64,000 nucleotides of DNA from Dehalococcoidales bacterium (lineage in GTDB: Bacteria > Chloroflexota > Dehalococcoidia > Dehalococcoidales > RBG-16-60-22), in assembly GCA_034414775.1 (NCBI GenBank), contig DAOULX010000024.1, forward strand, positions 24,559-88,558, given 5' to 3'. A model generated the notes under the pieces. The model had not been told where the DNA came from, did not search any database, and was given only the letters and a program-made list of their open reading frames with translations. Below, piece after piece: positions 38,567 through 47,745 of the stretch (positions within the stretch are counted from its first letter, which is position 1; the number at the start of each line of letters is the position of its first letter). A program made the translations under genes and the position numbers.

Positions 38567-39166
38567 ATGCGCGAACCTTTCACCAAATACATCGAATCGA
38601 ACCTAAAGCCAGGTTTTCTGCTCATAGCCTGCGGGCTGCCCGGCACCTGGAAAACGGAGACCACCGAGGAAGTTGCCAAAATCAAGGACTGTAAGCTGCT
38701 GCGCACGGACATCATCCGGCTGGAGGTTCACAAGAACCAGGACATTTTCGATTCCAAAGTGGCCGGGGACATGAGCAAACGCACCCAGGTTTACGACGAG
38801 ATGTTCCGCCAGGCGGACGAAGCGTTGGATGGCGGTTGCGTCATCCTGGACGCCACCTTCGTTACCCAGGAGTTGCGACGGCGGGCGGCGGCCATCGCGG
38901 CGGCGCATGGTAAAACGTTCATTATTCTTCAGACAGACTGCCCGCAGGAGGTCTCCATCCGGCGCATCCTGGCCCGGGATAAGGAGAACTATGTCTCCAA
39001 CGCCCTAACTGAGGAAGCCTACCTCAACAATAAAAAGAAATTCGAGCCAGTCGATGTTGATAGCCTGAAGAAAGAAAATCCCTGCCTTGATATCGTTCAC
39101 CTGATTGTCGATACCGCTGAGGATGAGCCGGAGGGGTGGTACATAGCCAGTGTGGTTAAGGCTTAA
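38567..39166 (+). CDS. P-loop kinase-like protein (AAA_33/gluconokinase-like)
   Basis: CGLPGTWKT deviant P-loop, LRTDIIR, VILDATF. Confidence 0.75.
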   Translation: MREPFTKYIESNLKPGFLLIACGLPGTWKTETTEEVAKIKDCKLLRTDIIRLEVHKNQDIFDSKVAGDMSKRTQVYDEMFRQADEALDGGCVILDATFVTQELRRRAAAIAAAHGKTFIILQTDCPQEVSIRRILARDKENYVSNALTEEAYLNNKKKFEPVDVDSLKKENPCLDIVHLIVDTAEDEPEGWYIASVVKA

Positions 39167-39173
39167 TCCTAAC

Positions 39174-39200
39174 GCCATTCCAGCGAAATCTGGAATCTAG
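39174..39200. repeat. REP-like short repeat, family D (reverse orientation)
   Basis: gccattccagcgaaatctggaatctag. Confidence 0.6.
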
Positions 39201-39217
39201 TGGTAGGGAGGAGGGGT

Positions 39218-39297
39218 GTCATCCTGAACGAAGTGAAGGATCTTGTCCCTTTCCCGGATAACGAGATTCTTCAGTCGCTACGCTCCTTCAGAATGAC
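39218..39297. repeat. REP-like palindromic repeat, family A
   Basis: gtcatcctgaacgaagtgaaggatct...gagattcttcagtcgctacgctccttcagaatgac. Confidence 0.85.
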
Positions 39298-39300
39298 AAA

Positions 39301-40167
39301 GTGATGAAAATCGACCTGCATATCCACACCGCTACCGGATCGGACGGCGCCATGACCCTCGCTGAGGTCTTCGATGAAGCCGCCCGGCGGGGCATTGGTC
39401 TCATCTCCATTACCGACCACGATAACATCGATTGCCAGGAGGAGGCCATCGCCTTAGCGGCAGTTAAAGGTATTCGATATGTCACAGGTGTTGAGCTCAA
39501 TGTGACCTTCGCGTATTCGGGAAAAACGGTTTCCCTCGATTTCCTTGGCTACGGGTTCGACTACCGGGACGCGTCGCTCGGCGAAAAGCTGCACCTCATC
39601 CGGGAACACCGCGCTGTCCGCGCCCGGAAAATCATCGATAACCTCAACACCGAGTTCCGGCGGGAAGCGCTCCCCCTGTTCACCGACGATGACCTGGTAG
39701 AAATGCAGGAAGGCGTGGATGGTATCCTCAGCCGGCCGCATATCGCTGATTACCTTATTAAAAGGGGCGTCGTCACTGACCGGCAGGAAGCCTTCGACAG
39801 GTACCTGGTCAAGTGCGACGTGCCTAAATACCCGCTGTCTTTGGAAGAGGCCTCGCTCCTGGTGCGACGGGCCGGAGGCCGGTTGGTATTGGCCCACCCC
39901 AACGATCCCCAGGGTACCTCGCTGGTCTCGCTGACGACCGACCTGGCCGGGCAGACGGAAATCATCGCCCGGGAGATGCTGGACCATATCGACGGTATCG
40001 AGTGCTGGCACTCCCGGGCGGATGCCGGTACCACTGCCCACTATGTGGATTTTTGCCGGCAGCGAAACTTACTGATGACCGGCGGCAGCGATTGCCACCA
40101 GAAGCCCGTTATTATGGGGACGGTGGGCGTGCCGGACTTTGTGGCGGAGCAGTTCAAGACGATCTAG
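39301..40167 (+). CDS. PHP-domain phosphoesterase (TrpH/YciV-like)
   Basis: DLHIHT..SDG, ITDHD, GVEL, LAHP, TGGSDCH. Confidence 0.92.
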   Translation: MMKIDLHIHTATGSDGAMTLAEVFDEAARRGIGLISITDHDNIDCQEEAIALAAVKGIRYVTGVELNVTFAYSGKTVSLDFLGYGFDYRDASLGEKLHLIREHRAVRARKIIDNLNTEFRREALPLFTDDDLVEMQEGVDGILSRPHIADYLIKRGVVTDRQEAFDRYLVKCDVPKYPLSLEEASLLVRRAGGRLVLAHPNDPQGTSLVSLTTDLAGQTEIIAREMLDHIDGIECWHSRADAGTTAHYVDFCRQRNLLMTGGSDCHQKPVIMGTVGVPDFVAEQFKTI

Positions 40168-40673
40168 ATATTTTCTCCCTGGTAGGTACCCCTATAGCCC
40201 TCCGATTCCCCGGCAAGCTCGAAGAAGACGAGCTGGGTAATGCGGGCGTTCCGCTGCACCCGGAAGCCTTGCGGATTATAGACCATCAGCAGGGATTGCG
40301 ACCGCCCGGAATAGCCGGCGTCCCAGACGGCCGTGCCCACGCCGACGCCGCAGCGCAGCAGGCTGGAGCGAGGCCGTCCCAGGGCCATGATGTTCTTCGG
40401 CAGGTGCACTATCTCATTATAGGTGACCATGTAGATACCGGTAGCCAATTCGATGTCGCCTTCATCGCTAAAGGGAAGCGACGTCAGGCCCGATACGTGA
40501 CGATCTTGGTTGTCTACCGTGATATTCCCGGCCGATGTTACTTCCGCCACATCACGCAGGGTCAGGTCGAAGCCGTTGGGCTGCACCTGGGCGTCTAGGT
40601 CTAGCCACCCCTCGATGAGCGGGAGTTGCCGCTCGATAAGGCGCTGTATCTCTTTCCCGGAAAGGACGGGCAT
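40164..40673 (-). CDS. dut: Trimeric dUTPase / dCTP deaminase family (archaeal-type dUTPase)
   Basis: QPNGFDLT, PRSSLLR, VWDAGYSG, ARITQLVF. Confidence 0.85.
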   Translation of the reverse strand: MPVLSGKEIQRLIERQLPLIEGWLDLDAQVQPNGFDLTLRDVAEVTSAGNITVDNQDRHVSGLTSLPFSDEGDIELATGIYMVTYNEIVHLPKNIMALGRPRSSLLRCGVGVGTAVWDAGYSGRSQSLLMVYNPQGFRVQRNARITQLVFFELAGESEGYRGTYQGENI

Positions 40674-40736
40674 CTGCCTTTTCCTTTCTTCTTATTTCGT
40701 CAGCCGCCGCCGCATCGTCACTTAGGATAAAATCAT

Positions 40737-41582
40737 TTAGAGATCTTCGAAGCCTGGAATTCCTTCGATGAACTCCGAGGGCAAACCCAGTTTCCTGAAA
40801 TATTCGCACATGGTCTGGCAGGCCGGTTTCTCGGTAGTATAATGGGTTCCACCTAAGATATTGATGCCCTTTTCTTTCGCAAATTCATGGGCTTTCAGGG
40901 TAAATGGATTATTAACCGTAATTCCCGTAACTAATAGATTAGCACCCTCACGGGCTATTTCTTCGTGTACTTCGATCATGTTTCCACCGCCGGCGGCTAC
41001 GGCTACAATACCGTTCTTTATCCTTTCCAGGCCATATCGATAGATACTTGTTCGGTGGCCGAGAACGTTGGCGAATCTCTCCCGCATTTCCTTGACCGTT
41101 GTTAATTCAGTATTACCGAAGACAGCGGCTAAACTACCGTAATATTCGAGGAACGGTCGCAAAGCAGTTAGTCCCAAGGCTCTGGCTAGAGTTACGCTGG
41201 TTGAATGGTCCCCGAAGTTGTCCAGGGGGACGTGGAGGTTGTAAATGGAAATTCTATGTTCTCTGAATTTTTCCAGCAAGCTTCTATCCATTTGGTGAAA
41301 GCCGCCTTTGGTTATATCCCAGATAGAAGGGTGGTGGACAAACAACATGATGTCGTACTCATTTTTGTCAAGGATGGACTGCATTACGTTGTTTGAAGGA
41401 AAGACCGCGGTATAGACCTTACTTATTTCCGGGGTGTTATCGCAGACCAATCCCATCGAGCGTTTTTTGAAATTCTCGCTGATAAAATCGGTTATCGAGG
41501 ACATATATTTTGCCCATTCATCGCTGAGCGCCGGCGTGATAAAGTCCTTTTCCAGGTAGGAGTACAGTTCATCGGCTTTCAT
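40737..41582 (-). CDS. Nif3-like dinuclear metal centre protein
   Basis: LFVHHP, YNLHVPLD, AAGGG, ITG, GGTHYTTE; lower GC than neighbours. Confidence 0.85.
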   Translation of the reverse strand: MKADELYSYLEKDFITPALSDEWAKYMSSITDFISENFKKRSMGLVCDNTPEISKVYTAVFPSNNVMQSILDKNEYDIMLFVHHPSIWDITKGGFHQMDRSLLEKFREHRISIYNLHVPLDNFGDHSTSVTLARALGLTALRPFLEYYGSLAAVFGNTELTTVKEMRERFANVLGHRTSIYRYGLERIKNGIVAVAAGGGNMIEVHEEIAREGANLLVTGITVNNPFTLKAHEFAKEKGINILGGTHYTTEKPACQTMCEYFRKLGLPSEFIEGIPGFEDL

Positions 41583-42402
41583 TTTGGATTCCCAGCCGTC
41601 TCTTAATCTCCGGTACGGCCTGTTGCGCGGCGCGACGGCCCTGGTTGATGAGCTCGCGCACCTTGCGGAAGTCCCCCGCCCCGATGTTATCCAGGTCCGG
41701 CTCGATGACGATATCGGCGTCCGCCAGCGCCCCGTGCGCCAGGGCATAGCTGGAAATGTAGACGGACTGGAGCATCACCTGGAATATATTGGGCTCCTTC
41801 CGAGAGGCGACCCGCCGCCGGCTGGCCTGGCTCATGCGGTTGGAGACGTCCGGATTGACGTTCACGGCGATGACGAAGTCCGCCCCCATCTCCCGCACCA
41901 CGTGCACCGGCACCGGCGTCGTCAGGCCGCCGTCGACCAGGTACCGGCCTTCGTGCCTGACGACGCGGAAAATCCCCGGAATGGAGATGGTGGCGCGAAG
42001 GGCTTCCGCCACCGAGCCACTATCGATGACCACCTCTTCGCCGGTATCGATGTCCGTGGCCACGCAGGTGAAAGGTATCTTAAGGTCACTGAACTTGATA
42101 TTGCCGCCGACGTAGCGGACGATCAGGTCCTTGATTTTTTTGCCTTTGATGAACCCGCTCCTTGGGAAAGAGACGTCAAGGAGGGGGGTGGTCTTCCTCC
42201 AGGTGGGGTCGAGGACCTCCCGGGTCATGTAGGCTGTGTCCAGGCTCCATGCGTAAGCGGCCCCGGCTACCGCCCCGGCGCTGGTCCCGGCGATCATATC
42301 GATGGGGATACCCTCTTTCTGGAGGACGCGCAGCACCCCGACGTGCGCCAGCCCCCGCGCCGCCCCGCCGCTCAGCGCCAAGCCAACCTTTTTCTTAGTC
42401 AT
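41569..42402 (-). CDS. Patatin-like phospholipase
   Basis: LSGGAARG, GTSAG, VDGG. Confidence 0.93.
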   Translation of the reverse strand: MTKKKVGLALSGGAARGLAHVGVLRVLQKEGIPIDMIAGTSAGAVAGAAYAWSLDTAYMTREVLDPTWRKTTPLLDVSFPRSGFIKGKKIKDLIVRYVGGNIKFSDLKIPFTCVATDIDTGEEVVIDSGSVAEALRATISIPGIFRVVRHEGRYLVDGGLTTPVPVHVVREMGADFVIAVNVNPDVSNRMSQASRRRVASRKEPNIFQVMLQSVYISSYALAHGALADADIVIEPDLDNIGAGDFRKVRELINQGRRAAQQAVPEIKRRLGIQNESR

Positions 42403-42890
42403 GTATCCCTCTTTGTCAGAAACCAGGGACGTGTCTTGAGAAAGTGGCCTGGAGTGCCGATGATCACCACCAAGCCCAGGACCAGCATGGCGATATCTAT
42501 ATACAGCGATTGTGTAGTCGATACTTTGATTCCCACGATCCTGTCCCAGAAGCCGAAGCAGCTGCACGGTTCGAAGCCCAGTCCCTGGCCGAGCACCCAG
42601 GCGTTATTGGTGATGAATCCGGCGACCAGTACTATCGAAATAACGCCCGCCAGCCTGGGTACAACGCCGATGATCAGCAGCAGCCCGATTAAGATTTCCA
42701 GGTACGGCAGCCAGATAAATATGCTATCCGTCAGGGCCGGCGTTAAAAACCCCGGGAACGGATTGAATATCCTCCTCAGGCCTTCGGAGCCGGTGAATAT
42801 TTTGCCAAAGCCGGCCACCACGAAGATAAGCCCCAGGATTACGCCCGCGCCGGTGACCAGCCATTTTTTAAGGAATTTTTTCACTCCCAC
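42399..42890 (-). CDS. DoxX/MauE-family membrane protein
   Basis: Hydrophobic segments, LPYLEILIG, PCSCFG. Confidence 0.75.
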   Translation of the reverse strand: MGVKKFLKKWLVTGAGVILGLIFVVAGFGKIFTGSEGLRRIFNPFPGFLTPALTDSIFIWLPYLEILIGLLLIIGVVPRLAGVISIVLVAGFITNNAWVLGQGLGFEPCSCFGFWDRIVGIKVSTTQSLYIDIAMLVLGLVVIIGTPGHFLKTRPWFLTKRDT

Positions 42891-44488
42891 AGCTCCTCGA
42901 TGTCTTTCTGTACCTTTTCCGGCGTGGCCACTTCGCCGGCGGCGAAGTCCTGGTAAGATTGCGCCGAGCCGTACTCGCGGGGTTGGAAGGCCACCGGCAT
43001 GGGCACGGCGTGCCCGAAGATAAGGGCCTGCTGCCGCGGGGCCAGCCGGGCCAGCACGGACTTGAGCTCGTTCTTGCCGGAGACACCCGCCAGGACGCTA
43101 TCGATGTCCCGCTCGTTGTCTAGGAGGCAGGTTATCTTGGTGCCCATCTGGGACATGACCTCGGCGTCGATGCCGCTGGGACGCTGGTCGATGACCAGCA
43201 GGCTGACGTTGTACTTGCGCATCTCCCGGGCGATGGTGCCGAAGATGGTCTGGTTGCTGACCTCTGGATTGAGGAACTTATGCGCCTCCTCGATGGTGAT
43301 CACCAACGGTTTAGGCCCAGCGGTGCCTTCCGCCATTGATTTTTCCGTCCGCGCCTGGTACTGGGCGTAGATGCGCCTTGCCAGCATGTTGGCGACGAGC
43401 ACGTAGGCGGTGATATCACGGTAGCGGCCGAACTCCAGCACGACGTTGACGCCGCGGTCGAGGTGTTCCAGGATAATTCTGGTAGCGTCGAGCGTGGCAT
43501 GCGCCTCGATAAAGGGCAATCGCCGGACGATGGCCAGTCCTCGCTTGAGGTTCGAAAAGGTGCTTTCGTGAATGCTCAGCTCATCGATGAGGGCTCTGGT
43601 GTCCTCGGCATTCTCGGTCTCCAGCGTCGTCTCCAGCCAGTCCCGACCGAAGCGGCGCCGGAGCTGATAAACGGCCTCGACGGCCTGGTCGGTAAGGTTG
43701 AGCGTCTGGCGCAGCAGCACAATGTCCTCCGGCTCGATTTCGTCATAGCCGATCTTGACCACGAAATCCGTACTAACACCGCGCCGCCGCGAGTTCTCTT
43801 CGTCAAGGGTAAAGACGGCCACCCTGGACTGGGCGAACTGCTTGAGGCCCTTGACCGGCGGGCCCTTTTCACTGGTGCCCTGCCAGCCGTACTCATTGTG
43901 CATATCGAAAATGAGGTTAACGGCCCGGCTTTTCTGAAGCATACCGATGAGCAGGATGCGGGTGAGGAAGGTCTTGCCGGTGCCGCTCTTGCCGAAGATG
44001 CCGTTGGAGCGTTTGACGAACTCCTCCAGGTCGAGACAGAGCTTGGTTTCCATGTCCAGCGGATTGCCGATGAAGAAACGCTGCGGGTCTTCTTTGCCGA
44101 AGACAAGCTCCATGTCCCGCTCGGAGGCCAGGTTGACGGGTGAGAAGTGGGCGGGGATAGTCTTGACGGGCTGGGGGCCTTCGAGGAGGTTTCCGGCCCC
44201 GCTGCCAATGGTCAGCATGGGGGTGACGTGGATCTGCCCGAAGGTGCTGGTTCCGGCGATGACCTCGGCGATCAAGGGGTCGGCGACGTCGGGCGGGGAG
44301 ATGGCCAGGTGGGGGTCGGTTACGCCCAGGCTGACGTCCGTTATCATGCCGAAAAAACGGCGGCTCTGTCCCTCGACAGTCACGTAGCGGCCGACGACCA
44401 TGTCCTCGACGGAGACACCGGCGTCCAGGCGGACATCCGTCCCCTTTTCCAGCGACGCCGTGGTAACGATGCCGAGATGATCGGTCCC
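42881..44488 (-). CDS. herA: HerA-family DNA helicase/translocase (HAS barrel plus RecA-like ATPase)
   Basis: FGKSGTGKT, FDMHNEYG, TIEEAHKF, AREMRKY, DQRPSGID; frame open upstream of ATG 44401 to a GGG at 44488 placed 5 nt after GGAGG, so the start is uncertain. Confidence 0.88.
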   Translation of the reverse strand, partial: GTDHLGIVTTASLEKGTDVRLDAGVSVEDMVVGRYVTVEGQSRRFFGMITDVSLGVTDPHLAISPPDVADPLIAEVIAGTSTFGQIHVTPMLTIGSGAGNLLEGPQPVKTIPAHFSPVNLASERDMELVFGKEDPQRFFIGNPLDMETKLCLDLEEFVKRSNGIFGKSGTGKTFLTRILLIGMLQKSRAVNLIFDMHNEYGWQGTSEKGPPVKGLKQFAQSRVAVFTLDEENSRRRGVSTDFVVKIGYDEIEPEDIVLLRQTLNLTDQAVEAVYQLRRRFGRDWLETTLETENAEDTRALIDELSIHESTFSNLKRGLAIVRRLPFIEAHATLDATRIILEHLDRGVNVVLEFGRYRDITAYVLVANMLARRIYAQYQARTEKSMAEGTAGPKPLVITIEEAHKFLNPEVSNQTIFGTIAREMRKYNVSLLVIDQRPSGIDAEVMSQMGTKITCLLDNERDIDSVLAGVSGKNELKSVLARLAPRQQALIFGHAVPMPVAFQPREYGSAQSYQDFAAGEVATPEKVQKDIEELWE

Positions 44489-45066
44489 TGGCGCCTCCCT
44501 AGGATATTTTTCAATCTCACAAAATCCCCGCTGAGCAGGGTGGCGAGTTCCTTGCCGGCAGCCACCAGGAAAACGTGGCTGTCCTCCTGGGCCAGACTCA
44601 TCTGCCGCAGTGCCGCGGCGATGATCTCTTCTGATGGAGTGGGTCCGGCTGCGTTGAGCAAGATGCTGAGGAAGCTGTACTGGCGGCTGAACTCCCTGAC
44701 CTCATCGGGTTGACATAAATAGACGAAGCCGTGGATGCGGGCGGGTTGTGGGGGCAGGTACTGGCGGACATGTTCGCCGTCACGGTAGCCGACAACAATC
44801 ACCTCGAACTCGCTACGCATGAGCTTGAGCAATTGAGGGCTGGACTGATAAACGGCTTCCTCCGAGGCTTCGTCCCGACCTCTGGCGATGGGGCGGCGGT
44901 TCGGCTCCAGACTGGCGGTGGAAGCACCGGCAACGATACCATAGATATCCCCGGTCCTTACCAGGCTGCCGAGGGGCGGTATCTCGTAAAGTTCGTAGCA
45001 CTGGGCGACGAAACGGGCCGTGCCGGCCTCGATGACCTCGGCGATTTTGGTTGGCAGGTCGTTCAT
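44380..45066 (-). CDS. Stand-alone HAS-barrel domain protein
   Basis: AEVIEAGTARFVAQCY..PPLGSLVR, PPQPARIHGFVY; resembles HAS-barrel proteins of nurA-herA loci; last ~36 codons look like read-through into herA. Confidence 0.7.
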   Translation of the reverse strand: MNDLPTKIAEVIEAGTARFVAQCYELYEIPPLGSLVRTGDIYGIVAGASTASLEPNRRPIARGRDEASEEAVYQSSPQLLKLMRSEFEVIVVGYRDGEHVRQYLPPQPARIHGFVYLCQPDEVREFSRQYSFLSILLNAAGPTPSEEIIAAALRQMSLAQEDSHVFLVAAGKELATLLSGDFVRLKNILGRRQGPIISASLPRRRWKRGRMSAWTPVSPSRTWSSAAT

Positions 45067-45111
45067 AATGTTATAGCTGTTTCCTATGACATTATAATAC
45101 TCCCCGGCCCT

Positions 45112-45192
45112 TTATTTCTTCTTCCCGGGTTCCGCCTTCTTAGCCTTGTTCTGCTTGGGTTTCTTGACGTTCTTTCTGCCCTTGCTGCCCAT
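45112..45192 (-). CDS. Small Lys-rich peptide MGSKGRKNVKKPKQNKAKKAEPGKKK (26 aa)
   Basis: AGGAGG RBS just upstream of ATG 45192, TAA at 45114-45112; below the ORF-track cutoff. Confidence 0.6.
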   Translation of the reverse strand: MGSKGRKNVKKPKQNKAKKAEPGKKK

Positions 45193-45235
45193 GAGTGGCC
45201 TCCTGAATTGTTATTGTATATGTACTAGTATCGAT

Positions 45236-45676
45236 TTAACTCTTATGAGCTAAACCGATTTTCATAAAAACAATAATCATCGCTGGCAATACGATTGCGA
45301 ATGTAAAAATACCAGCTAAAGCTAACCAAACAATACCTGTTTGAACCAAACCAAGTGAAAATATTATGATGACAATCAACCAACTGATGAGCTTAATAAT
45401 ACCTATGGTTCTTGTTCGATGTAAATATACTAAAACTTGTTTCTGCTTCAAATCCCAACATATCATTAGGTAAAGGCTAAGCAACCCTGATACAACACCG
45501 AATATGATAAACGCTATTGTTATGGGTGAAGTACTTGAGTAATATTTGGTCCAATTACTATTAGATATAGAATATATATAACCTATAAGTGCTATCGACC
45601 ACCAACCTATCGCTAGACTGGCGCAGGATTCCGTATATGAATTTCTTAATTCCTTTTCTTCTTCTGTCCATTCCAT
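45236..45676 (-). CDS. Hypothetical membrane protein, AT-rich
   Basis: About four hydrophobic segments; GC visibly far below the window average. Confidence 0.7.
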   Translation of the reverse strand: MEWTEEEKELRNSYTESCASLAIGWWSIALIGYIYSISNSNWTKYYSSTSPITIAFIIFGVVSGLLSLYLMICWDLKQKQVLVYLHRTRTIGIIKLISWLIVIIIFSLGLVQTGIVWLALAGIFTFAIVLPAMIIVFMKIGLAHKS

Positions 45677-45693
45677 TTGTTATTTCCTTCCCC

Positions 45694-45720
45694 CTGGATT
45701 CCCGCTTCCGCGGGAATGAC
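45694..45720. repeat. REP-like short repeat, family D
   Basis: ctggattcccgcttccgcgggaatgac. Confidence 0.7.
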
Positions 45721-45728
45721 AGCGTGCA

Positions 45729-46256
45729 CTAATACTTCTGCCAGCCCTTCCCTTGCAATAATCCTCTTACGTAGGCCGCCTGGCCGGCGTGCTCCAGGCA
45801 GTCCGCCAGGATGCTGACCAGCCGCACGCCCACGGTCGGGACGGGCGTCCACCAGGGCTCGTCCAGTTTCCGGTCAAGCTCTTTGTGATCGAGTGATTTC
45901 AGGTATTCCTGTGTCCGGGTGACGACGGCGCGGTTATAGTCCAGGATTACCTTGATTTCCGGCGAACGGAAAGCCGCGACATCATCCGGTCCGTGCCCGA
46001 AGCCGGAGTCCTTGGGGTCCGCCGGGCGGTTGAATTTATGGCACCAGCCGTCATTTGTCCAGAGCTGCTCTTCTCCCATGAGGTCGGCCACCTGGGCGTC
46101 ATGAACACGAATAAGGTGCCAGGCCAGCCAGCCGATACTGTTACAGTCCGCCTTGGGGAGCTTGTCCAAAAGGTCGGGCGGGAGCCCGTCTAGGGCATGC
46201 TCCAGCGCCTCCTGGATACGCCCGAAAACGTCCAGCATTAAATTCTGCCACGACAT
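45729..46256 (-). CDS. DinB-family protein
   Basis: NSIGWLAWHL, QLW..GW..F, DCLEHAGQAAY. Confidence 0.88.
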   Translation of the reverse strand: MSWQNLMLDVFGRIQEALEHALDGLPPDLLDKLPKADCNSIGWLAWHLIRVHDAQVADLMGEEQLWTNDGWCHKFNRPADPKDSGFGHGPDDVAAFRSPEIKVILDYNRAVVTRTQEYLKSLDHKELDRKLDEPWWTPVPTVGVRLVSILADCLEHAGQAAYVRGLLQGKGWQKY

Positions 46257-46291
46257 TTTAGTCCTCCTTATCAAAAACTCTAAGTCCGGTT

Positions 46292-46385
46292 GTCATCCTG
46301 AGCGAAGCGAAGGATCTCGGCCGGGGGATGGGTGTCTCTATCCCCTCCCCGAGATTCTTCAGTCGCTACGCTCCTTCAGAATGAC
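46292..46385. repeat. REP-like palindromic repeat, family A
   Basis: gtcatcctgagcgaagcgaaggatct...gagattcttcagtcgctacgctccttcagaatgac. Confidence 0.85.
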
Positions 46386-46414
46386 ACCTCATCAAGATTA
46401 GAGTTTAAATTTTT

Positions 46415-47611
46415 CTATACCCACCGCGTTCTTTTGCTGAGGCTCTTGGCGGAAGCGGCGCTGGCCAAGTGTGCCTCAATGAGAGAGGACTCCACCAGCT
46501 CCCAGAAATTCTCCCGGTCGGTACCGGTGACCACCGCCAGCTCGTGGGCTTCGCTGAGGGCGACCGGGTAGCCGTGGCCGCGGCGGCACTGGTCAAGAAC
46601 CAGGGCATGGGTCAGACCGACCAGCTCTTCGTTTTCCGCTATCCACTGCGGTACCTCGATACGGGCAATCTCGTCCCCGGTGTGGAGATAGAAGAAATGG
46701 ACCCGGTGCCCGCCGTAATGGTCGGCGACGACTTTTGAAGGGCTGATAAACAGCGCCGACCTTTCCCCCTCCCCCAGCAGGTCGATAAACAGGTCACGGT
46801 CCCGAACGCCGGCCACAGCCTCGCAATCCCTTTCCTTGCCCGGTGGACAATCGCGGTCACAGTCCGGGATGTCGTTGGGGCATATGGCCACCCGGAGTAC
46901 ATTGACGACATCGGTGCTGCGCGGCAGGCTGATGTAGCTGGCCACGGCCAGGCGGCGATTTTCATTGAGTTTCTTCAGGGCATCGAGGTATTTCAGCAGG
47001 CCGTCATGAAGCAGGGTATCGGTGACGAAGTCCGGGTAAGCTTCCAGCCCCCAGAGGATAAGCGTGCCATCGAGCAGTGCCAGGGCGTCGCGGCCGGGCG
47101 GCATGTCGGCGGCCATTTCGACGAGGCGGTGGCACTCTTCGACGGAGCGCTTGATGCCCAGGATATTACCCTCTATCACCTGTTCGCGTCCGCTATCCGG
47201 TGCGGTGATGACAAGGTCTCTATCGTCCGAGTAGAGGCGCGAGTAGCTGGCCAGCCTGGCGTCCGGTTGGCGGCCGTAGTCGATGGCCGCCGCCCCGATA
47301 TTGATTAGAAAGCAGCGCGTGGCGCGATGACGGTCGACTTCGATGTGGGAGCCGTCGCTGGCCATGACGGTGAATTCCAGCGGGACGGTCGGCGGGGGGA
47401 AATGCCCGGATAATCCATCGATGAGGCCGGCCACCAGCCAGGTTGTCCTGGCGACCTCTATTTTCTTTTTCAAGACCGCAAGGTTAATAGGGGGATCAGT
47501 CAACGTGGCCAGGGCGGTTCTCAAGCGTTTTTCTCGCTCGGCGCGACCATCCCGGATGGAGGCTACCATAGCACTCACCTGTGTGGCTACTTCGGTAAGG
47601 TCAAGAGACAT
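46415..47611 (-). CDS. nurA: NurA-family 5'-3' nuclease
   Basis: MASDGSHI, LLDGTL, GYPVALSEAHELAVV. Confidence 0.88.
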   Translation of the reverse strand: MSLDLTEVATQVSAMVASIRDGRAEREKRLRTALATLTDPPINLAVLKKKIEVARTTWLVAGLIDGLSGHFPPPTVPLEFTVMASDGSHIEVDRHRATRCFLINIGAAAIDYGRQPDARLASYSRLYSDDRDLVITAPDSGREQVIEGNILGIKRSVEECHRLVEMAADMPPGRDALALLDGTLILWGLEAYPDFVTDTLLHDGLLKYLDALKKLNENRRLAVASYISLPRSTDVVNVLRVAICPNDIPDCDRDCPPGKERDCEAVAGVRDRDLFIDLLGEGERSALFISPSKVVADHYGGHRVHFFYLHTGDEIARIEVPQWIAENEELVGLTHALVLDQCRRGHGYPVALSEAHELAVVTGTDRENFWELVESSLIEAHLASAASAKSLSKRTRWV

Positions 47612-47745
47612 TCCAGCTCCCTTTTTCCCAAGTATAGTCCAACAAAATGTTGAACTCAAGCGAAGCCAATCCAAAACAGGATAAACGCCAGTTGGGGATG
47701 TTATAATAGAGTTAGATAGGTCCCAATTCAACCAAAGGAGTTTTT

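Noticed and set aside
44490-44520. Programmed -1 frameshift fusing the HAS-barrel gene to herA
   Set aside because: Only five A's, with no proper X XXY YYZ slippery heptamer; a good RBS points to an independent start
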